Assembly: GCF_964188315.1 (NCBI RefSeq)
Contig: NC_135655.1
Span: 40,238,001-40,302,000 of the forward strand
Reading direction: 5' to 3'
DNA: 64,000 nucleotides
Source of the DNA: Podarcis muralis
Taxonomy: Eukaryota
Translations under genes and position numbers: made by a program
Part shown: positions 1 through 11,519 of the stretch, one piece after another
Layout: each line of letters begins with the position of its first letter
Position numbering within the stretch: the first letter of the stretch is position 1
Notes under the pieces: generated by a model
Told to the model about the DNA's origin: nothing
The model's input: only the letters and a program-made list of their open reading frames with translations
Database searches by the model: none

Positions 1-245
1 CACATACGTGCTGGGGTGTGATTGTTAAGTACTTCAGGGGCTACAGTTTTGGCTGAGCCAGTGGGTGGGAAACTATTTTGAAGTAAAATCCTGAGGAATG
101 GAGAATAAGAATGCTTCCAAAGAAGGGAAGAATCAGAAGACAGAAACCACAAGGAGGAACATGAAATGAAACAAAAGCAGAGGAATAGCTGTGGCTACAT
201 GAGGAGATGCATATTTTAACACTCTTAAATTCAGTCCCACAGTCC

Positions 246-456
246 CACCATACCTTTAAAGCACTGTGATACCATTTTAAAGAATCACAGCTTCCCCCAA
301 AGAATTTTGGGATCTGCAGTTTGTTAAGGGTGCTTAAAGTTGTTAGGAGACCCTGATTTCCCTCCTAGGACTACAGTTCTCAGGGTGGTTGAACCCTCTT
401 CTCAGGTAAATCTGTTACCATTTAAAGTGGTATCATAGTGTTTTGAATGTATGGTG
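246..456. mobile_element. Palindromic non-autonomous DNA transposon (MITE), superfamily uncertain
   Basis: Long imperfect terminal inverted repeat: caccatacctttaaagcactgtgataccattttaaa at the left vs tttaaagtggtatcatagtgttttgaatgtatggtg at the right. The same family occurs at 12644-13149. Confidence 0.7.
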
Positions 457-1859
457 ACACTGTGGCCTATGCTTGATACTCTTAAGGGTCAAAACCAGCT
501 TCAAATTCTAATGCCAAGGGTGCCCACAGACTCTCACTGTTTGGGGGGAGGGATTCAAGCAAATAGCAAAAAAAAATTAGGATTGCACAGTTGAAGTGCT
601 CTGTCGCCCTAGTGCGACAAATCTGCTTTTTGAGGTTAGGAAAGCAATGGGGAAATGCGCCGAAAAGTGTGGATGGATGGACAGTTTTATACACAAGATT
701 AATTTCTGGTTTTTGTGGACCACTTAGAGCCTGTGGGCAGCCATGCATCACACACCCTGTCTAATATGGCCACCACTGATTCCTCACCTTTTAAAGAAGC
801 TAAGATCCACCATTTTGATTTCTGGCAGATGTGTTATATTGGCATTGTGGGAAATGTTAATGGTAGCTCCCAGAACTATATCAAAACACTGCTCCTGTCC
901 ACCAAGACCCACCAGTAGATACTTTTCCAAAGGTCTCCTCATACCTGAAGCGAATCAACTTCAAGGCCCCAAACTGCCACATGGTAAAGAAATACCCGGT
1001 ATCCAGCATTATACATGATTGTGGCAACCAGTGGCATAGAATTTCCCTTTGTTAATCATTTCAATAAAAATGAGTCTTCTAATGAAGAACAGCCAGCAAA
1101 ATATATATTTGGAGGGGGTGGAACACATGGATTTATATTTCCTTAAATGAGGCAAGAGGAGCGTAAGTCCACTGAAAATGAGATCCAATAGTTATGAAAA
1201 ATATAATGAATAGGAGACCCCACAGAGGATGCGTAAACAAAATACAAAAAGGTTTATGCTGGTATGGCCAGTCAGAAGAGACAGTACACAAGTAACAACA
1301 CTACTAGGAAAAAAACTGGGAAGGATAAATGCCATGTATCCCGGAATGTCAGTTTACGGAAAGTTACAGCTTCTGTATTTGATAGATAAAGGCAAAGCAC
1401 GTTACTAATTACGCCATATTGCCTACATTTTTTTTTTTAAAGCATACCATACTTTTTCTTGTGGCATCATATGGTTCCAGCTTTTGATCTTTTCTGTTTA
1501 CTCCTACCATGTCTTTGATCTAATCAGTTGCATATGTAGGCTTGCTTGCATGTGCATATTATAATCTAACATGGGATCTCCAAAATGTGTCTTCTCCATG
1601 GGTAAGAAGAGCAGGAGTACACTGTTAAATTTATCACAGTATTTTACTGCCTGTAGCAGCACTGACTACGGTCAGTGGCCGTAGGTTTTTGAGGTTTCGG
1701 CATTCCTCCTGTTTCGGCTTTCCTTGTCAGGCATTTCCTCTTGTTTTTTATTTACCTTTTACCATCCTTTTTGTACCTTCATCTTCTACTTCAAGGGTGC
1801 CCTGGGCAGTTTACAATTGCACATAATCAAGAAAAGCACCATCCAAAAGGTTTTTTGTG

Positions 1860-2625
1860 TGCGTTCAGACCCAGAGACCTCCCTAATCCTAAATAAATTC
1901 ACACTTGACTCAAATTTTAGTTTGGTGTTTGGCAGAATTTAGGCCACAACTTTATTGACTACAGAAAAGTGAGTGGTTGCATAGGCTCTGGTTTGACTAG
2001 CTCCCTGCACCCTTGCAGGTAGCGCTGACCCAGGGCACCAGCATAGGTCAGCCAAGGGTGAACACCTGGATAGGCGGAAAGCCGGGAACAGACTATGTCC
2101 GCCACCCAGATGTTCCCCTGGACTCAGGCACGGGCACAACCTCCTCTCAGGGGTTGACCAAGCCATTTGAGTCCCTGGATTCCTTTAACGGAATACCCTT
2201 CACATAGGGATGGCAAGACCATTCTCCCATCCCTATCACCTGAACCAGAGCCTATACGCAACCTTACAAGTTGTGACGATTTGCTACACGGCAGGTGAAA
2301 CCCAAATGGCAACAGCCAATCAGCCAAGTGGGGAAAATTCCTGCCTTGCCCCTGTCCCAATGACAGACGACACACGATGGCATAACAAGGTCAAGTGCAA
2401 AGCCCTAAAAGTAGGGAGAGGTGGGCGGGTGTTCCGAATACCTGTGCTGAAAGATGAAGCTCTGGGTCATGTGCATGGGTATATATAGGTCCCTCAATCT
2501 GTTTGGACTGCGCCCTATTGGCCAGATTGAACCCAACATCGAGGGACCTACCAATCAGGTGTTGTGGCTGACCAATCTTACCCACCCACAACACAGAAGG
2601 TCAGTCTCCAGGTCCCACCACAACA
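1860..2625 (-). mobile_element. Solo LTR (Gypsy/ERV-like), 766 bp
   Basis: TG...CA termini with a 4-bp direct repeat TGTG at 1856-1859 and 2626-2629. On the minus strand: several CCAAT/ATTGG boxes, TATATATA (2480-2487) and AATAAA (1951-1956) ~90 nt before the end. No internal coding region. Confidence 0.65.
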
Positions 2626-2908
2626 TGTGCCCTCTTTTAGGGAGGACACGATTTTAAAAAAGAAAGAAAAGCAGCACTGATTTGATTAATTAATATACCA
2701 GTTAACTGCCAAGGTGGCTTCTAAGTACATTGCAAGTGTAAAACCAGTGACAAAAAACCCACACATAATTAAAATGCACAGTGAAACAGTTTCATAAAAA
2801 TGTTGAACTAAACATCCACAATTAAAAGCTAGAATAAAACAAGCCCATTAAAATAGCACAACAATTAAACAGTTAAAGCAACATTTTAAAATAGATCAGC
2901 ACAGTGTC

Positions 2909-2909
<1 letters not shown>

Positions 2910-2958
<49 letters not shown>
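2910..2958. repeat. (TTA)n microsatellite
   Basis: Direct reading of the tandem repeat. Confidence 0.95.
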
Positions 2959-2959
<1 letters not shown>

Positions 2960-3452
2960 AAGTTTAAGCAAGCACAGGGTTGTCACTGCCCAGGGCCAGG
3001 TGGAGGGAGTTGTGAGGGAGGGAAATGGGTGGAGTACGCATGTGCATTCAATTGCCTAACGGTGTCCGCGTCACCTAGGAGACTGCTGCTGCAGAGATAA
3101 GGAAAGAAGAGTCATTCCCTTGTCTGGAGAGGTCACATCCTAGTTCACATGGAAAAGCCGTTTTCAACGGAGCCCAGTGATGGAAGCGAGCAGCTGTATT
3201 GAGGCAGCACCCCTAACAATTTTGCACCTGGGGCAACCGCCTCTGTGCTCTCCCCCCACTACGCCACTGCAGGACACAGTTGGTAAGGAAATGCTTGTGG
3301 GCAAACTAGAATACTAACTTCAGAGCCAAGACCAGAGCTTAAACTCCAGTGAATCTTAGTTGGGCAGAGGAATCCAAGCCTCTTCCCAGCCCTGCCCAGC
3401 TCCACTGGCCTCTGCAGTCAATCATGGCTTCCAACAGGGGAGCCCCACCACT

Positions 3453-3756
3453 GAAGAAGAAGAAGAAGAAGAAGAAGAAGAAGAAGAAGAGGAGGAGGAG
3501 GAGGAGGAGGAGGAGGAGTTTGGATTTGATATCCCGCTTTCTCACTACCCAAAGGAGTCTCAAAGCGGCTAACATTCTCCTTTCCCTTCCTCCCCCACAA
3601 CAAACACTCTGTGAGGTGAGTGGGGCTGAGAGACTTCAAAGAAGTGTGACTGGCCCAAGGTCACCCAGCAGCTGCATGTGGAGGAGCAGAGACGCGAACC
3701 CGGTTCCCCAGATTACGAGTCTACCGCTCTTAACCACTACACCACACTGGCTCTCA
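3453..3756 (-). mobile_element. tRNA-derived SINE (Squam3-like) with compound (CTC)n(CTT)n tail
   Basis: Minus strand begins gagagccagtgtggtgtagtggttaagagc (A box) with a B-box-like ggttcgcgtc. The tail is (GAA)n(GAG)n on plus at 3453-3518. Candidate TSD cactgaaga at 3449-3457 and 3757-3765. Near-identical copy at 57366-57637. Confidence 0.85.
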
Positions 3757-3769
3757 CACTGAAGAGCAC

Positions 3770-4262
3770 CCCGATGCTTCTACCCAAACAGTGGGCAGAA
3801 GCTACTGATGGCAGTACCCAGCTGTATCTGGACAGGGATAGCCTAACTTCTGTGGCCTACGCTCTGGTCACATCTAGGTTGGATTACTGCAATGCGTTAT
3901 ATGTGGGGCTGCCTCTGAATATGGTTCAGAAACTTCAGCTTGTGCAGAATTCAAAGGCTAGATTGCTCACCAGAACAAGATTGTTTGAGCATATAACACC
4001 AATCCTGGCCTGGCTGCACTGGCTGCCAATTAGTTTCTGGGCCCAATTCAAAGCACTGGTTTTGACCTGTAAAGCCTTACACAGCTCAGGACCTCAACAC
4101 CATAAGGGCCACGTCTCTCCATACAAACTGACCCAGACTCTATGCTTGTCACCTGAGGCCCTTCTCTGTGTATCCCCTCCCTGAGAGTTTTGAAGGGTGG
4201 CAACACAAGAACGGGCCTTTTCTGTTGTGGCTCCCTGACTGTGGAATGCTTTCTCCAGAGAG
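3770..4262 (+). mobile_element. L2-clade LINE fragment (RT C-terminal region)
   Basis: Translation [18 protein letters not shown]...QLVQN..ARLL...EHITPILAWLHWLPI...QFKALVL is typical of L2 ORF2. Confidence 0.9.
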
Positions 4263-7200
4263 GGAGCGATCCTGATGGTCATCTAGCACTATTTCCTGCA
4301 ATGCAGACCACTGTAGCTGGAGAGGTTTGGATTGTGCTCTGAGATTAAGACGATGGCATTGGGGAGATACCAGATTCAGTCACCGCACGCTGGATTCACA
4401 AGGCAAGAATCTTTGAGTCATTTCTGCCATGAGTCCCCATCATGCTTTCCTGTGGAGTCATACAGAATCCATGCCTTCCCCTACAGTTTTCATTTCCCAA
4501 GTTATGCCTTCAGATTCTCACTAATCCTCCAGCCTCCTCCTAGTTGTCATTCACGTAAAAAAAAAAACCCCCAAAAATCTCAATGCATGCAAGCAAGTCT
4601 TAATGTTCTTCTTCAGATAAGTCAGTTTTCCTCACCGCCTACAGTGATCATCTCAGGAGTTTTCAGTTATTCAGACCAGATGGCGGGCAGATGCACGGGT
4701 CTCAAAGACAAACACAACCATCTCTTTGGCTTGTCTACCTCCACACTTTCCTCAGTGTTTTCTACAAAAAGAAAGAAGGATGTTTGTTTCTTTATTTAAA
4801 GCATTTTTACCTTGCTTCTCATGAAAAGGTTCCTGGTACAGCTTGCCATCTAAAAGATGGGACACAAAACGGGAGAGCGGGGTAGAGAGGGAAGAGGCAA
4901 AAAGCAAACACAGGCGCCAGTTCTTAAAAGTTACAGAGTTTTAATGAAGACCAGATGGGATGGGAACAGTTTAGGGAGAAGAGGAGGAGCCAAATGGAGC
5001 TGGTGTCTCAGCAGAACCAACAAAAAGGGCTGCTTTGCTGTTCCTGGGCTGGCACTTGAGGGTGGAAAGGAGACTGGTGTACTGGGCCCTGTTTTAATAA
5101 ATATCCAATATCCAATAAGTACATGCCAAAGGTGCCTCACTGGAATTGTTCATGTTTTGTTACATTGGGTGGTTTTTGATATTTTGGCTGCAACCCGATG
5201 CATGCTTACCTCTGGGTAAACCCCACTGAACACGGAATCTAATTTGTAGTGTAAAAATTATGGGTGTGGGCCCCTCCAACAGGACAAAGATCACAGTGGG
5301 GGGTTGTCAATGTGTTAAATCTCTCCAAGCTCCATGCTAGGGTCATGTGATGTCCCCTCCTGTCAGCTGTTCTTCAGTTCACTCTTCTGTCCTATCAGCA
5401 TACTGGAAGATGATAAAATTTCCGCCCAAAGGTATACATTGGCTGTGTACACACCACAGTTTAGTGTGCATTCTTTGCTTTCTGAGAGACAGAAAGCATT
5501 GTGGGATGCTCTGCGGTGGTACACACCGACTGTGACATCACCGTGGTGCAGGAAAGGGCTTTGACACAAAGCAAAGCTTAGCACAGGTACAGACTGGGAA
5601 TTAGCCATTTGAAAACAGTGGATAAAACCTCCTGCCTAAAGACTTCCTGCCTGCCAAAGGTTAAAGATGGGGATGGGGAAGAAGATGGGGGAGCCGGAAG
5701 GATGCCAAACTTTCTGCACAACTGAAACCACTCCAACCACTCATATTAATTAATAGCACGTGGTAGGTTCACATGCAAAGGACAACACGGAAAGCTATCA
5801 TAAGAAATGTCTGAAAAATCCAATAGGACAAGGGAAGAAGCAGTGGAATAACTACAGGTTGGGGCATGTGTTGTGTGTCTCAAGAGCAAGGAAGAAGTGC
5901 TGGGGTGGGGTCCACAAATGTGGTTGAATGAGAAAAAAATCTAGTTTTAGAAAGTAGGAGAAATACGCAAGAGCATTCCAGCCTAGTAGATGCCTGCCAA
6001 TTGTAGGTCAGAGGTCAAACTGGCCCACATTTTAAGAGTCTTTTCTGACCATGAATGCTGAGAAGCTGTGCAGGCATATGTCTGCTTTGCGGTAATGTGC
6101 AGCGTTTGCTAAAGACTAGAGCTGAAGATAGATTTCCTTACCAACAAGGTTCAGATGACATAGCCTTGAAAATACATAACTGAATTGTCTATTTCCCTGA
6201 CGAGCAGAAGCCTCCACGTAACCTCCACGTTCACTTGACGCTGACAGTGTTTGTTGCATAAACCATGAGCTAAGTGAAAAGCAGCAGGAATGTGCCCCAC
6301 TTTGGAACATTGGTCATAGTTCTTCTGTATCTTCTGTGCAACAGACCATTGTTTTAGGCTGGCAGTCAAGGATCTCTTCTTGTTGCGAGACTTTTGTGGG
6401 TGAGCTGAAAGTTTGTTTGGACCCCAGGTTAAAACACAGGGGCTGAGAGGGAGCGTGTGTCTGAAGGAAAATGAACTGATATTGATTTATATCTATTAGT
6501 AACTTTGTATTAATGTAGCATTTTTATATGTAACTGTGTATTTTTGTAATATTTTGCTTGTTGCCTGTTGTTGCTTCCGTTTTTTGTACACCGCTTAGAG
6601 ATATTTTTAACATGTTAAGTGGTACAGAAATTATATAATCAAATAATCAAAATTTCTCCCAGTCCACCAGATTGTGTAAAATCCGGAATCCATAAGCTTA
6701 AATAATGGATGAAAGAAGAAAACCGGCTGTTTGATTTCTTTCCTCTCTGCTCCCACCCCACAAACCCAGTCTTTAAGTCTGACATTTTTGAAGCCTACTT
6801 GTGTTATATTTTACATGGGGTGCTCAAGACATTTTTGAAGATGCCGTCAGAATACAGATAATTACTAAGTTCATGTAAGGTGGGTAGGCTGGCACACGCT
6901 AAACACTTAGCATTATGCAGCCAACCTTGAAAAGTGTTCCAAATCCATCAGTCATCATGGAAAAATTAGAAGCTTTTCTGGAAACCTGCCTTTCCAAATA
7001 GATCGTTTATACTTAATGGACTCCATAATTCTGCATTATGTATGAAGGATTTTGGTGTGCAGATTTCCTCAGCATGTTTTTGGTAGTGTGGAACAAGTCA
7101 AAACAACTAGCTGCTTCATAGAACAACATTAGTCAAGACACAGGAGCATTACTCATTATCAACATTACAAGACATCCTCTTTAATCAACCCGCCAGTATA

Positions 7201-7715
7201 CTGCAAAGTGTGAGGCTCCAAAAGGCTTCCATGCCGCAGTGTTGGCACTATTAATATCCTTCTACTTTTTTGTGCTATACTTATTACTTAGTTTAAAACT
7301 TGATACACCACCTTTTGAGGAAAGCTCTCAAGGGGTCATGTTTTAGTCCCAAAGAAAATAAGACTAGAGTTCATTATATTTCATACAATGCTATTCATTC
7401 ACAAATGGCTGAAGAATTGTGGAGAAAGGCAAGATCTTTCAAATCTTGCATTGGAATAAGACCTATGGGGACCCAGTGTGTTTATTTTTAATTGGACACT
7501 GGAATTGGGGGTAAAATCTTAGTAGACAGCAGCTGACCTCATTGCTGGTTACGAAGGGGCCCCCATGATAGTTTAAGCTTCAAGACCCCAAAAATGAACG
7601 TCTGCCACTGGGGCCACCTGAAATTAGGATGTCAGGTGTGTGGCAAGTGAGCAGCCCACCCTCCTATCAAACTTGGACCACAAGTGTTGGTGAAGATAAT
7701 CTGTCCTGTTAGCCG

Positions 7716-7716
<1 letters not shown>

Positions 7717-7754
<38 letters not shown>

Positions 7755-8344
7755 TTATTATTTATACCCCGCCCATCTGGCTGGGCTTCCCCAGCCACTC
7801 TGGGAGGCTTCCAAAAGAATATTAAAATACTATAATACATCAAACATTAAAAGCTTCCCGAAACAGGGCTGCCTTCAGATGTCTTCTAAAGGCCTGGTAG
7901 TTGTTGTTCTCTTTGACATCTGGTGGGAGGGCGTTCCACAGGGAAGGCGCCACTACCGAGAAGGCCCTCTGCCTGGTTCCCTGTAACTTGGCTTCTCGCA
8001 GTGAGGGAACCGCCAGAAGGCCCTCGGTGCTGGACCTCAGTGTCCGGGTAGAACGATGGGGGTGGAGACGCTCCTTCAGGTATACTGGACCAAGGCCATT
8101 TAGGGCTTTAAAGGTCAGCACCAACACTTTGAATTGTGCTCGGAAACGTACTGGGAGCCAATGTAGGTCTTTCAAGACCAGTGTTATGTGGTCTCTGCGG
8201 CCGATCCCAGTCACCAGTCTAGCTGCCGCTGGATTAGTTGTAGTTTCCGGGTCACCTTCAAAGGTAGCCCCACGTAGAGCGCATTGCAGTAATCCAAGCG
8301 GGAGATAACCAGAGCATGCACCACTCTGGCGAGGCAGTCCGCAG
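7717..8344 (-). mobile_element. 5'-truncated L2-clade LINE with (TTA)n tail
   Basis: ORFs 7840-8352 and 8211-8432 give [15 protein letters not shown] and DHITLVLKDLHWLPVRFRAQFKVLVLTFKALNGLGP...LWNALP. The 3' UTR and (TAA)n tail are at ~7717-7755. Confidence 0.92.
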
Positions 8345-8484
8345 TTTCCCACCCTTGGTTTAAGCCATCCATGCCCCTTGAAGCAAATCTAATGAGTGAC
8401 GTTACTCCCAAATAGATCAGCATGGACCCCAAACACTGTCACATAATGCGCTCTTGATATTTCCTTAGTTAGAGCTACTTTCTC

Positions 8485-8915
8485 CATGGACATAGGAAGC
8501 TGCCTTTTGCAGCATCAGACTGTTAGTCCATCTATTTCAGTACAGTCGTACCTCAGAAGTCAAACAGCATCCGTTCCAGAAGTCTGTTCAACTACTGAAA
8601 CATTCGGAAACCAAAGCATGTCTTCTGATTGGCTGCAGGAAGCTCCTGCAGCCAATCAGAATCCAAGGAAGCCCTGTCGGACGTTTGGCTTCCAAAAGAA
8701 CATTCGAAAACCGGAACACTCACTTCTGGTTTTTGATCATTTGGGAACCGGAACTTTTGACTCCCAAGGCGTTCTAGAGCCAAGGTACGATTGTATTTGC
8801 ACTGACTAGCAATGGCTCTCCACAGTTTCATAGAAGAGTGTTTCCCAGCCCTACCTGGAGATGCCAGGTTTGAACGTGAGACCTTCTGCATGTAAGGCAA
8901 ATGCTCTACTGTTGA
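8485..8915 (-). mobile_element. tRNA-derived SINE, split by a MITE
   Basis: Minus head agtagagcatttgccttacatgcagaaggtctcacgttcaaacctggcatctccaggtagggctggg. The 3' part ...aggcagcttcctatg is rejoined when 8543-8793 and one TA are removed. Confidence 0.8.
8543..8793. mobile_element. Tc1/mariner-type MITE
   Basis: TIRs cagtcgtacct / aggtacgattg flanked by TA on both sides (8541-8542, 8794-8795). Confidence 0.85.
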
Positions 8916-9899
8916 TGCACTTCTATTCCCTTCAGCATAATTCAGAGGTCAGAAAAGCAGGTGCCTTTGCTTACAACAGAAAATTTCCTGGTCATATCAG
9001 CACCAGTGAGCACATGAAGGCCAATGAGGACATTTGCTCTTTCCCTACAGCCCAATCTAGGAGACAGTGAGAGTATGCTCTGCAGACATCTTTCCTGTAA
9101 TAAACCATGCATTTGGAAGAGCAGTATGCACCAGCAACAGGAGGGCATCGGTGTCATCTGCCCAACCATTCTGCCGGAGAATTTTTATTGGCATCAATGG
9201 CATAATGATTGTGTCAGCTTCCTCCTGTTTGTGTATCATCAACACAACCAGGAGGAAGTTGGCACCATCATTATTATTCTTCATCAGATGTTCAGTCTTC
9301 ATCAGATATCTTCATCAGATGCCATGGCTGCAATCTGTTGCTGTTCCTGCCACAACCACAAACTCTCTGTCACTGTGTCTTGAGGACCACAGTAGAGACT
9401 TCTCAGCCAGATACATTGCTCATACAACATGTTTCAATAGTGCGCTTATTCCTCAGTTTTTCTTTTTTCAATCTACCTCCTGATCCTGCTTTCTAATGCA
9501 GATATTAGTCACATGTGATCAGTTTTCTGAGCTGTATTTGCCAGCGCCTTTTCACCCAACGGTACAATCCTTCTCTGAGAAGCTTCAGGTACTGGGATAT
9601 ATTGGACATCTGCTAGTCGCTTGGTAGTTTCCACCAGTTCTGACATGGAGGAGGGAATGAAATCTCAGGCTCAGGGGTTGAATGTGGATCTCCAAACTTC
9701 CCTGTCTGGCCCTAGGAACACCTTGCTGTTTGTCCTGGTCTGAGCCCTCCTTGAATGCTTTTGCCTAGCTAGAATATGTGCTAATGCCTCTCGCTTGCTG
9801 GATGGAAGGAGAAGAGTGAAGCCTCCGACTTCTGCATTGCTGGAATGTAGCCTATTCTGTAAGAACTTGTGGCCACATACATTTTGCCTCTGGTCCTGA

Positions 9900-10520
9900 C
9901 CACCACTGGCATGAGGTTCTCAGCAGGTTGTCCTTGAGGGAATGCAGACCTTGGGTTAAAATTTGTTCTCTACTTGTGTTCTGGGGCAGGCATGGCTTTT
10001 GTTTGTGTGATGCAATAAGCCTGTTCCATTTGCAGTAAAGAAGGGCCTTAGGAAAGCTGAGATGCCATACTGCCCAGGTATGCGTGGCATCTTATTCACA
10101 TTAACTAAATGAAAAATATGGCTTCTCCTGAGGATCTGAAAACCCAGGCTCAGTCGTACAGGAGAATGCAGTCTTGAAGGTAAGCCAAGTTGTTGAGGGC
10201 GCTATAGATCATAACTAGCACTTGGAACGGTGCCCAGAAATGGATTGGTAGGAGCCAGCTATGTTGCTGCAACACAGGAGTTTACTTGCAAGATCACCTT
10301 ACCTCGTACATGCGCACTCAACCGCTTCAAACTGCAGAGCTGGCACTGTTACAGGTGCCACATAATATTCATTCAGCACTTATAAGAGACTGATCTTCCA
10401 GTGTGCACAAACTTTGGAACTCACTGCCTATTGACATTAGGCAGGCTCCTTCATTGTACTCTTTTTGACGCCCGCTGGAAGCATCCTTTAACATGGTTTT
10501 AGCTTATTGCTTCTTTCAAT
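9900..10520 (+). mobile_element. Degenerate L2-clade LINE 3' fragment
   Basis: ctttggaactcactgcctattgacattaggcaggctccttcattgtactc encodes LWNSLPIDIRQAPSLYS, the L2 ORF2 end. The left boundary is approximate. Confidence 0.65.
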
Positions 10521-10702
10521 TCTTTTTGGAATATTTTAAATACTTGTTTTTGACTGACAGTTTTGTTCTTTTATTCTTTTCAAAAAAAATTTATTACAAT
10601 CAAGCAGCAGATAAATGTTGTGAAATAAAACTAACAAACAAGCTTCCCAGTTCCAGTCAATAGTCTGGCTGCAGATTTAGAACCAAATAAAGTTTCTAGA
10701 TA

Positions 10703-10944
10703 CAGTGGTACCTCGGGTTACATATGCTTCAGGTTACATACGCTTCAAGTTACAGACTCCACTAACCCAGAAATAGTGCTTCAGGTTAAGAACTTTGCTT
10801 CAGGATGAGAACAGAAATCGTGCTCCGGCGACACAGCAGCAGCAGGAGGCCCCATTAGCTAAAGCGGTGTTTCAGGTTAAGAACAGTTTCAGGTTAAGTA
10901 CGGACCTCCGGAACGAATTAAGTATTTAACCCGAGGTACCACTG
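10703..10944. mobile_element. Tc1/mariner-type MITE
   Basis: TIRs cagtggtacctcgggtta / taacccgaggtaccactg with TA TSD. Same family at 19394, 21581 and 38318. Confidence 0.92.
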
Positions 10945-10951
10945 TACTACA

Positions 10952-11229
10952 GAGCCTAGGACTTGCCGATCAGAAGGTCGGCGGTTCGAATCCCTGCGAT
11001 GGGGTGAGCTCCCGTTGCTTGGTTCCAGCTCCTGCCAACCTAGCAGTTCGAAAGCGCGTCAAAGTGCAAGTAGATAAATAGGTACCGCTCTGGCGGGAAG
11101 GTAAACGGCATTTCCGTGCGCTGCTCTGGTTCGCCAGAAGTGGCTTAGTCATGCTGGCCACATGACCCGGAAGCTGTACGCCGGCTCCCTCGGCCAATAA
11201 AGCGAGATGATCAGGGGTCCATTTACCTT
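10952..11229 (+). mobile_element. Sauria SINE, 5'-truncated, with an internal 3' deletion
   Basis: cttgccgatcagaaggtcggcggttcgaatcc...ggggtccatttaccttt. 15-bp TSD taccactgtactaca at 10937-10951 and 11230-11244. Confidence 0.9.
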
Positions 11230-11519
11230 TACCACTGTACTACATCTAGATACTAGATCTAGATACCTAGATACTAAGGTTGCCTTACCTAGAGCATGTT
11301 GCAGTAGATAAAAGAAGATGTCATTAAAGCATGTACAGCTGTGCAGTTGCTGTCATCAAGGCAGGGCAGGGCAGAACTGTACAGCTTACCTGGCTTTGCT
11401 TACCTGGTTGCTGATTACTGAGAGGGGTGAGGTGGCAGGGAGGTCAGCATGGTGTGGCTGCAGTGGCAGAGCCAATCTGATGCTGAGACACATCTCATGT
11501 CACGTTCCATGGTTTAGAA

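Larger units (their letters stand above)
8345..9450 (-). mobile_element. Fossil AcademX-like DNA transposon ORF (XPG/FEN1-like nuclease domain), interrupted by a SINE and a MITE
   Basis: Collinear motifs across frameshifts: YLAEK..FVV (~9350-9415), HKQEEADTII (9204-9233), DDTDALLLLVH, LPNAWFITGK, LIGLHVLTGADMTRKF..SK (~8960-9035), then RAHYVTV (8434-8454) and QGWE (~8346-8357). Assignment is from remembered family motifs, not a search. Confidence 0.7.

Noticed and set aside
715-1040. Possible decayed LINE ORF2 (FLYHVAVWG resembling LLYG..VWG) on minus
   Set aside because: A single weak motif with no collinear support.
1976-2262. Hammerhead, HDV-like, twister or pistol ribozyme (retrozyme hypothesis)
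   Set aside because: The conserved catalytic cores were not found on either strand by eye. Only generic structure is claimed.
3339-3762. Poly-K/R, poly-E and poly-L/F ORFs
   Set aside because: Translations of the (GAA)n(GAG)n SINE tail.
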